A stretch of 64,000 nucleotides of DNA from positions 124,001 to 188,000 of the IMG/VR virus record IMGVR_UViG_3300032116_000004; one strand, 5' to 3'. The notes under the pieces are model-generated. The model had not been told where the DNA came from. It made no database searches and saw only the letters and a list, made by a program, of their open reading frames with translations. The position numbers and the translations under genes are program-made. Positions 57,489 through 64,000 of this stretch are shown piece after piece (the stretch's first letter is position 1; each line of letters opens with the position of its first letter).

Positions 57489-57979
57489 TTGTCAGCGAAA
57501 GAGAAACCATTGAACGTATCCGTGAAGCCGCTGATCGCAAAATCTGGGTCACATTCCAGAAAGAAGGTATCCATAAATACCCAGCGGCGCTGACAGATCC
57601 TATGTTGGCCACAGGAGATGAGTATGATGTTTCGTTCCTTGGTTATCCTCACCGTCACATCTTTCATTTCAGGGTGTGGATCGATGTGTTCCACAATGAC
57701 AGGGACATCGAGTTCATCCAATTCAAGCGGTGGCTCTTGTCGTTGTATTCCAGTGCCCAGCCAGCCGATGTCTTGCGTGATCGGACCGTTCACAATAATC
57801 AAAATTCAGTATTGAGCCTGGATTACAAGTCTTGCGAGATGATCGCAGACGATCTGTATCTGCAAATAGCAGGCCGTTATCCTGGCCGTGCTGTGTGGAT
57901 TGAAGTGGCCGAAGATGGTGAGAACGGCTGCCTCATCAAGTATAATACTCACCGTCCCTATCAATCAATCACAATCTAA
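57485..57979 (+). CDS. QueD/PTPS-like T-fold protein
   Basis: GIH, HRHIFHFRV, IEF, SCEMIA, VAED; context with folE and TGT-like gene. Confidence 0.65.
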   Translation: MIVSERETIERIREAADRKIWVTFQKEGIHKYPAALTDPMLATGDEYDVSFLGYPHRHIFHFRVWIDVFHNDRDIEFIQFKRWLLSLYSSAQPADVLRDRTVHNNQNSVLSLDYKSCEMIADDLYLQIAGRYPGRAVWIEVAEDGENGCLIKYNTHRPYQSITI

Positions 57980-57990
57980 GAGGAATCAAC

Positions 57991-58206
57991 ATGGGCAAGC
58001 CCACGTTCAAACCCAATCCCCGTAGCCGCCAGGTATGGGAAGACCTAGACCGTTATCTTGAATTCTGTTGCGATTATGGCTACAAGTTCAACGAAGCGGA
58101 TCTATACAATAACCGCGTGTATGCTTTCCAGCAGTTCCGCAAACTGGAAGCCGGCAAGGAGCCCCGAGACATGTGGGCACAAGATGCCAATCGGAGACCA
58201 CGCTGA
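57991..58206 (+). CDS. Hypothetical protein
   Basis: GAGGA SD. Confidence 0.7.
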   Translation: MGKPTFKPNPRSRQVWEDLDRYLEFCCDYGYKFNEADLYNNRVYAFQQFRKLEAGKEPRDMWAQDANRRPR

Positions 58207-59405
58207 TGCGTAAGATATTCTACATGGGGTTGGAAAGTTACGAAGCCCGCTACACTCTACAACTCACGGAATGGAACAAACGTGTGTTTGACCGCCGCGG
58301 CCTTGACGTTGTATATGTGCCTGGCTCCACCATTGATGATACCAAATCAATCAGTGTAGGACAGGTGCTAGACGCTCACGGTCGAAGTTATTTTTCAATG
58401 AGCCAGATGATGAACCTAGTGCAGATGATGCGCAACGGTGATGTCACTGATCAAGATGTGATCTATTTTGAAGACATGTTCCAACCCGGTATCGAGAGCT
58501 TACCTTATATTCTTGATCAAGTGCCTGACAATCTCAGACCGCGTATCTTTGTGCGCTGTTTGGCACAGGCCATTGACCCCGATGACTTCGTGCATGTCTG
58601 GGGCATGGCAGGCTGGATGTCGACTTATGAAAAGATGGTAAATCAGATCCCCAATGTCGCTGTGTTGGCCACCAACGAAGAGATGGTAGCACACATGCGC
58701 ATCGCAGGGTGGACTGCTCCCATCTACAATATTTCAGGCTTGGCATTTGGCAAGGCGGAAGTGCTCGAGCGCATAGGTGGCAAAGACCATGTTTGTGATT
58801 TTGACGTGAGACCATATCGTGTGGGATTTGCCGCACGATTTGATCAAGAGAAACAACCAGACTTCTACATGGATCTCATTGACATGTGGCATGAGCAAGG
58901 CAGATATCCGGTTGAGTTCGCTGTGTTCCAAGGAGGCCCATTGCGCTCAAACAACTCACGTTATATCGAACGTGCTCGTGACATGGAACGCCAAGGCCGC
59001 TTGAAAATCTATGAGAATCTAAAGAAAAATGATTACTATAATCTTCTCAACAATACTCGTGTGCTGTTTAATTGTGCTCTACAAGATTGGGTATCTAACA
59101 CAGTATCAGAAGCCGATACTCTTGGTTGTAATGTGTTATATCCTGCTTATCGCAGTTTCCCTGAAACCTTTGCCAACGATCCTAACCGACTTTATGTTCC
59201 TTGGTCGATAGATGATGCTTTCACCAAACTGGGGTTGTTGCTCAAAGAACCACACCACAACATGGGATTGATCTCTGACTGGACTGATGGCACAGTGGAT
59301 CGCATCGTAGATATCATCCAAGGCCAAGGCGAGCAATGGAATCGTTCAGGCAATCGCTACAGAGATCACGTGCCCGAAAACAAGTATCATGTGGTCAAAA
59401 TTTAA
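58206..59405 (+). CDS. GT-B fold glycosyltransferase
   Basis: FAARFDQEKQP, QDWVSNTVSEADTLGC, SFPE. Confidence 0.75.
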   Translation: MRKIFYMGLESYEARYTLQLTEWNKRVFDRRGLDVVYVPGSTIDDTKSISVGQVLDAHGRSYFSMSQMMNLVQMMRNGDVTDQDVIYFEDMFQPGIESLPYILDQVPDNLRPRIFVRCLAQAIDPDDFVHVWGMAGWMSTYEKMVNQIPNVAVLATNEEMVAHMRIAGWTAPIYNISGLAFGKAEVLERIGGKDHVCDFDVRPYRVGFAARFDQEKQPDFYMDLIDMWHEQGRYPVEFAVFQGGPLRSNNSRYIERARDMERQGRLKIYENLKKNDYYNLLNNTRVLFNCALQDWVSNTVSEADTLGCNVLYPAYRSFPETFANDPNRLYVPWSIDDAFTKLGLLLKEPHHNMGLISDWTDGTVDRIVDIIQGQGEQWNRSGNRYRDHVPENKYHVVKI

Positions 59406-59407
59406 AC

Positions 59408-60025
59408 ATGAAACAAAAAGTTTTAATCATTGGTGCCAGTGGTGGTATAGGATCATCATTATCGAGATTGATGTCAACCCATGATTATGATGTTGCAGGT
59501 TGGTCTTCACAGGATTTAGATCTAAATTATCCTGGAAGAATTTTTGATTGTGATTTTTCTCATTTTGACATTCTTGTAAATTGTGCCGGGCACAATCGTG
59601 GAACTTGGCGAGGTAATTTACAAAACACCTGGGAAAATCAACTCAGCATGATAATTGTAAACTATGCATCAAACTTTTTTTTGATGAAACATTATGCAAA
59701 ATCGAGAGATTCAGGAACTTACGTTTGGATCAGTTCCGACAGCATAGATCAACCAACTATCTACCAGGGTGTATATGCAGGTACCAAAATGGCCAGTAAG
59801 TTCAGTTTAGATCTTTTAGCCAAAGAAGCCGATCATATTACCGTATTATCTGCTAAAGTTGGACTTACCAAAACCAATTTCAGATATAGAAATTTTGAAG
59901 GCACCAAGTCCTGGCAGGAGGTAGAGGAGACTTATGGTGATAGAAAACTCATGTCAGCGGATTCGGTGGCGCAACGTCTTTTTCAAGGAATAAAAAGTAA
60001 CACAAAGGAAATGGTAATCACATGA
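59408..60025 (+). CDS. Short-chain dehydrogenase/reductase
   Basis: IGASGGIG, LVNCAG, YAGTK. Confidence 0.85.
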   Translation: MKQKVLIIGASGGIGSSLSRLMSTHDYDVAGWSSQDLDLNYPGRIFDCDFSHFDILVNCAGHNRGTWRGNLQNTWENQLSMIIVNYASNFFLMKHYAKSRDSGTYVWISSDSIDQPTIYQGVYAGTKMASKFSLDLLAKEADHITVLSAKVGLTKTNFRYRNFEGTKSWQEVEETYGDRKLMSADSVAQRLFQGIKSNTKEMVIT

Positions 60026-60399
60026 ACGGTAAGATAAAATTTATATTACCCGATATCAACGACAAAGCAATAGATTCGCGTGGTGCAATTTACAGCTTTA
60101 TACCACATGATGAAATTGTGGAATTCTGTTATGTTACTACCAAATCAGGACATGCTCGAGGTCATCATTACCACAAAGAGTTCGACGAATACCTCATGTT
60201 AGTGGATGGAGAAGGCATATATCTTGAGTTATTAGATGATGGAACTGTGAGGAAAATAGTAATAGGTGCTGGGCAAACTTTATATGTGCCTAGACTAACT
60301 CCACACACATTTATACCGATAACCGATTGTAAATCAGTAAGTTTTCTTACCAAACGATGGGACAACTGTCAAGAACCTATTACACCAATTAAGATATGA
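60022..60399 (+). CDS. Cupin, sugar 3,4-ketoisomerase (FdtA/WxcM)-like
   Basis: DSRG, RGHHYH..E, P...H. Confidence 0.65.
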   Translation: MNGKIKFILPDINDKAIDSRGAIYSFIPHDEIVEFCYVTTKSGHARGHHYHKEFDEYLMLVDGEGIYLELLDDGTVRKIVIGAGQTLYVPRLTPHTFIPITDCKSVSFLTKRWDNCQEPITPIKI

Positions 60400-60445
60400 A
60401 TTGGCGGAGAAATAAAATTTATATTGTTACAATAATGGAAAAATT

Positions 60446-61408
60446 ATGACTATGAAATCAAACTGTGTAATAGTAACGGGTGCTAGTGGTTATATAGGAG
60501 GACAAACTATTCTCCGACTTGGAGATGCTGGACATAATGTCATTGGTATTGATATACGGCCTGCTCCAGATCATTTGAAAAGTGCGTGCAATAGGTTCTA
60601 TCAAGAAGACTTTGCCAACGAATTTGCATTGAGCCTTTTGGACCAATTTGAACCACGGGCCATCATCCACTGTGCTGGCACTAGCCTCGTAGGCCCCAGC
60701 GTGACCAATCCTGAGCGTTACTATGACAACAATTTTGTCAAGACCAAACGCATGTTGGACCGACTGATCAAACATGAAATCAAGTCCAGAGTGATATTCA
60801 GTTCCAGCGCGGCTGTGTATGGAGAACCTGTGATGACTCCGTGTTCTGAATTGGATCCGCCTCTGCCCGTGAGTCCCTATGGTGAGAGCAAACTCATGAT
60901 AGAAATGGCGTTAAACAGTTATAGCCGTGCTTATGGACTAGACTATGTGAGTTTCCGTTACTTCAACGCCTGTGGGGCTGATCCCCGTGCCCGTCACGGT
61001 CAAGCCAATGCCGCTACTCACATCATTGCCAGAGTTCTGGAAAGCATGAGAGACGGAAAAGAGTTTGTGCTCAATGGTGAAAATTATCCGACCCAGGATG
61101 GAACTTGTGTGAGAGACTACATTCACGTAGATGATCTTGCCCGTGCGCACGAGATGGCCATAGAGCCGGAAATTCCTGCTGGCGTGTATAATCTTGGATC
61201 GTCATCAGGATACAGCAATCGCGAGATCATGGATCTGGCACAAAAAGTCGCAGATAAATCTTTAAAATTTTCTGCAGGTCCTCAGAGAGAAGGTGATCCT
61301 GCTGTGCTCACGGCTGCCAGCGACAAATTCAATTTAGTGAGTGCATGGGTTCCTAGATACAATATCGAAGAAATAATCCAGCATGCGTGGGCCTGGTATA
61401 CACGATGA
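60446..61408 (+). CDS. galE: UDP-glucose 4-epimerase
   Basis: TGASGYIG, FSSSAAVYG, YGESK, RYFNACG, DGTCVRDYIHV. Confidence 0.9.
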   Translation: MTMKSNCVIVTGASGYIGGQTILRLGDAGHNVIGIDIRPAPDHLKSACNRFYQEDFANEFALSLLDQFEPRAIIHCAGTSLVGPSVTNPERYYDNNFVKTKRMLDRLIKHEIKSRVIFSSSAAVYGEPVMTPCSELDPPLPVSPYGESKLMIEMALNSYSRAYGLDYVSFRYFNACGADPRARHGQANAATHIIARVLESMRDGKEFVLNGENYPTQDGTCVRDYIHVDDLARAHEMAIEPEIPAGVYNLGSSSGYSNREIMDLAQKVADKSLKFSAGPQREGDPAVLTAASDKFNLVSAWVPRYNIEEIIQHAWAWYTR

Positions 61409-61986
61409 GTTTTGACCCAATTTTTCAATTTGAAAAACAATTATCAGAATACACCGGTGCACCTTATGCTGTGATGACTGATTGTTGCACACATGCTATA
61501 GAGTTATGTTTACGGCATGAACTACCTAACTGGACATCATTCACTGCTTTTACCTATCTTTCTGTGCCCATGCTGATGCATAAACTTGGGATCGAATATA
61601 AATTGGTGCAGGAAGATTGGATTGGCGAATATCGTTTTCACAATACCCGTATCTGGGATTCGGCACGCCGGCTAGAACGCGGTATGTATCGACCTGGCAT
61701 GATGCAATGTTTGAGCTTTGGCCGAGGTAAACCGTTGGAGATAGGGCGAGGCGGTGCCATATTGCTTGACGATGCTCGGGCGTATCGTGTATTATTAGAA
61801 CAGAGATATGATGGTAGAGACTTGACCATCATCCCCTGGCAAGACCAAAAAACTTTTAGGGTGGGGTATCATTATAAACCAACCATAGAAGAGGCAGAAA
61901 AAGGTATCGAATTGCTACCAAAAGTAGATGAGAAACCTAAATATGTCTCATACCCGGATCTAAGACAGATCCAGATCATTGACTAG
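61405..61986 (+). CDS. Short DegT/DnrJ/EryC1/StrS-like PLP protein
   Basis: FEKQLSEYTGAPYAV..CT.A, DSA, LSFGRGKPL..GRGG. Confidence 0.7.
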   Translation: MSFDPIFQFEKQLSEYTGAPYAVMTDCCTHAIELCLRHELPNWTSFTAFTYLSVPMLMHKLGIEYKLVQEDWIGEYRFHNTRIWDSARRLERGMYRPGMMQCLSFGRGKPLEIGRGGAILLDDARAYRVLLEQRYDGRDLTIIPWQDQKTFRVGYHYKPTIEEAEKGIELLPKVDEKPKYVSYPDLRQIQIID

Positions 61987-62015
61987 CCATCCTCGGCTCT
62001 AACTCGGAGAAAAAA

Positions 62016-62852
62016 ATGACAGAAAAAAAACAAGAATTATTTGATGCGATAAAAAACACAAAGTTGGTAAGCGAAGCACCTTTCCATCCTGGCTATGAAG
62101 ATGCTGCCATGAATCTTACCAACACAGGACTGGACGCCATGGTCAATGATCGAGGTTATCAAACGGCCTATCTCGGCGATGCTATCCGATTCCAAATGCG
62201 GCGTGAAGGCAAAAGATTCTGGGCTGGAGACAATGTATCGGAATATGTGAATCCTGCCACCAAAGAAATCCTGATCAATGAGGCCACCGAAGCGTTTGAG
62301 TTAGTGCTAGATCGTTTGCTGATCGATAGAGAAACGGATCCCAACTCCAAGGGCACCGCACGTCGTTTGGCCAAGATGTATTTCAATGAGATCATGGCCG
62401 GAAGATATGAATCTGCACCCGACTGCACTGCTTTCCCCAACGACTCGGCAGACCGATACGAAGGCATGCTGGTGGTGCGCAGTGAGATCCGGAGCATGTG
62501 TAGCCATCACCATCAACCAGTGGTTGGAGTGGCCTATATTGGAATCTTGGCCGCACACAAACTCATCGGTCTCAGCAAATACACTCGCATCGCGCAATGG
62601 TGTAGCCGTCGCGGAACTCTACAAGAAGAATTGTGCAACGACATCGCCCGAGAGATCATGAAAGTGACCGAAAGTTCTGATGTAGGCGTATATGTGCAAG
62701 CCACGCATGGGTGTTGTGAAAATCGCGGCATCATGGCCCATTCTAGCCTTACCCAGACAACCGTTCTAAACGGTGCATTCCGGACGGACCCGGCTGTGAA
62801 AAAAGAGTTCATCGATAATATCAAACTGCAACAGGACTTTGCGCCTAGGTAA
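62016..62852 (+). CDS. folE: GTP cyclohydrolase I with N-terminal extension
   Basis: SMCSHHHQP, IGLSK, LQE, HGC..RG. Confidence 0.93.
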   Translation: MTEKKQELFDAIKNTKLVSEAPFHPGYEDAAMNLTNTGLDAMVNDRGYQTAYLGDAIRFQMRREGKRFWAGDNVSEYVNPATKEILINEATEAFELVLDRLLIDRETDPNSKGTARRLAKMYFNEIMAGRYESAPDCTAFPNDSADRYEGMLVVRSEIRSMCSHHHQPVVGVAYIGILAAHKLIGLSKYTRIAQWCSRRGTLQEELCNDIAREIMKVTESSDVGVYVQATHGCCENRGIMAHSSLTQTTVLNGAFRTDPAVKKEFIDNIKLQQDFAPR

Positions 62853-62870
62853 GTGAGCACTTACCTATTT
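62846..62870 (+). terminator. Perfect inverted repeat at folE stop
   Basis: taggtaagtg-ag-cacttaccta then ttt. Confidence 0.55.
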
Positions 62871-62910
62871 GACCAATAATCCTAGATCAACTATAATATT
62901 GATATTATAG
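62869..62910 (+). promoter_or_regulatory. sigma70-like promoter with palindrome over -10
   Basis: TTGACC-17-TATAAT; ctataatat-tg-atattatag. Confidence 0.7.
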
Positions 62911-62928
62911 ACAAATCTGGAACGACCA

Positions 62929-64000
62929 ATGGATTTCAAACGCAGTATCATTGCTGTATCAATCTCTGGCATAATGTCTACCTTGGCCGGCTGTGGGGGT
63001 GGTGGTGGTGGTGGCACTAGTTCAACGCTCGGTGGTTTTGTCCGATCAGAAGTTCCTTTCCATACTCCTGTGCGCATATCGTCGGCTATAGATCCTTTGG
63101 TCAAAGTCGATGGAGCGGCACCTGTATTTGATATCTTTGAAGCAAATGTCACTGGTAGTGGCAACGATATCATATTGGCAGGTAGACAAACACAATATGC
63201 CACACCCGAAACCTGGAGTAACAGCCGGATCAGTTTGTTCGCATGGCAAAACGGAACTTTAGTCGACCGCACTGCACAGTGGTTTCCGGGTGGTATCAAC
63301 GAAATACTAGGCACAGAACCCAGCGTGAAGTTTGCTGATCTATTCAACACAGGTCGCCAAGACATGTTGGTTGCACCCAGCACGGACATGCAACACTATG
63401 GCCCTGGTTATGTGTTCGCCAACCAAGGCACACATTTCAATCGCATATCAATTCCTCTCAACAATGTATGGGCCCACGACAGCGCCATCGCAGACATGGA
63501 CGGAGACGGTTTTAAAGATTTGCTGTTTGTCGATTATGGACCAAACACCACCTTGGCAATCAACAATCGAGTCAATAACTTTACCGCATATACCGATAGC
63601 AGAGGCACGGCCGGTGATCTGCGGTGGGGTGGATCCAGCATTGTTGCTGACAGTTTTCTAGGCAATGGACAGAAACAGATCATAGTAACTGACAATGCTT
63701 GTAATACTGCCAACGCCGCATGCAGTAATGCTCGCACCACCAAGATGTATAGCTACACCATCGTTGGAGGGCAACTGAATTATCAATACATAGCCGATCT
63801 TCCTGCACCATTGTTGGATCACAATGTGAGAGTGGTATCGCATGATTTCAACGAAGATGGACGACCCGATGCCATTGTTTTTAGCCGTCTTGGTTTCCAT
63901 ACCAAACAAAGTGCCATCCAATTCCTGAAAAACAACGGCGCCGCTGTGTTCCAAGATGTGACCACAGATACACTGGTCGGTTATGATACCAATACCTATT
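62929..64000 (+). CDS. Lipoprotein with FG-GAP/VCBS repeats (3'-truncated; missing from ORF track)
   Basis: MDFKRSIIAVSISGIMSTLAGC lipobox, poly-Gly, ADMDGDGFKDL and HDFNEDGRPDA; open to window end. Confidence 0.85.
   Translation, partial: MDFKRSIIAVSISGIMSTLAGCGGGGGGGTSSTLGGFVRSEVPFHTPVRISSAIDPLVKVDGAAPVFDIFEANVTGSGNDIILAGRQTQYATPETWSNSRISLFAWQNGTLVDRTAQWFPGGINEILGTEPSVKFADLFNTGRQDMLVAPSTDMQHYGPGYVFANQGTHFNRISIPLNNVWAHDSAIADMDGDGFKDLLFVDYGPNTTLAINNRVNNFTAYTDSRGTAGDLRWGGSSIVADSFLGNGQKQIIVTDNACNTANAACSNARTTKMYSYTIVGGQLNYQYIADLPAPLLDHNVRVVSHDFNEDGRPDAIVFSRLGFHTKQSAIQFLKNNGAAVFQDVTTDTLVGYDTNTY

Noticed and set aside
60034-60425. 14-bp direct repeat ataaaatttatatt (60034, 60412)
   Set aside because: Low-complexity AT sequence in an AT-rich insert; may be chance
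62995-63015. GGT microsatellite as phase-variation tract
   Set aside because: In-frame poly-Gly linker typical after lipoboxes
266-63954. Numerous minus-strand and nested ORFs in the track (e.g. 30998-31840, 11064-11726, 62865-63389)
   Set aside because: Antisense shadows of well-supported + genes without motifs; only phoH is supported on minus
1-64000. CRISPR array, tRNA, rRNA, integrase, transposase or reverse transcriptase
   Set aside because: No regularly spaced repeats, cloverleaf or catalytic motifs seen by eye; tRNAscan/CRISPR tools would confirm
1-64000. Stop-codon recoding as in some jumbo phages
   Set aside because: Long genes are intact in the standard code and TAA, TGA and TAG all end coupled genes

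Overview
Gene-dense 64-kb segment of a large (probably jumbo) lytic myovirus-type phage with T4-like late promoters (TAAATA) and sigma70-like early promoters. Standard genetic code; all convincing genes are on + except phoH. In order: nadE 3' end, radical SAM, IF-1, SGNH-like pair, SOD, ErpA; tail fibre/baseplate block (6-14 kb); MazG, mini-DnaE, GroES-like, clamp loader, HAD, PhoH; lysis cassette (GH19 endolysin, i-spanin with embedded o-spanin, holin-like); DnaJ-Def-ClpA; an about 18-kb island (30.4-48.2 kb) of proteins and polyproteins sharing an N-terminal M-R-x-x-E-[FLI]-x-x-E leader and internal x-x-E junctions; family B DNA polymerase and sliding clamp; and a 7-deazaguanine-type cluster (TGT/DpdA-like, QueD-like, FolE) interleaved with a glycosyltransferase and NDP-sugar enzymes. 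Best candidate for an undescribed system: the island looks like capsid-targeted, head-protease-processed effector cargo (nucleotidyltransferases, metallopeptidase, amidoligase, kinase-like, GNATs, HAD, RNase-like, basic Cys peptides). In two cases cleavage would expose a hidden Tat or Sec signal peptide. Second candidate: a possibly glycosylated 7-deazaguanine DNA modification pathway. A 105-bp synonymous duplication of the infA 3' half flanks a two-gene insert. All functional calls come from recognising motifs by eye; no searches were run.
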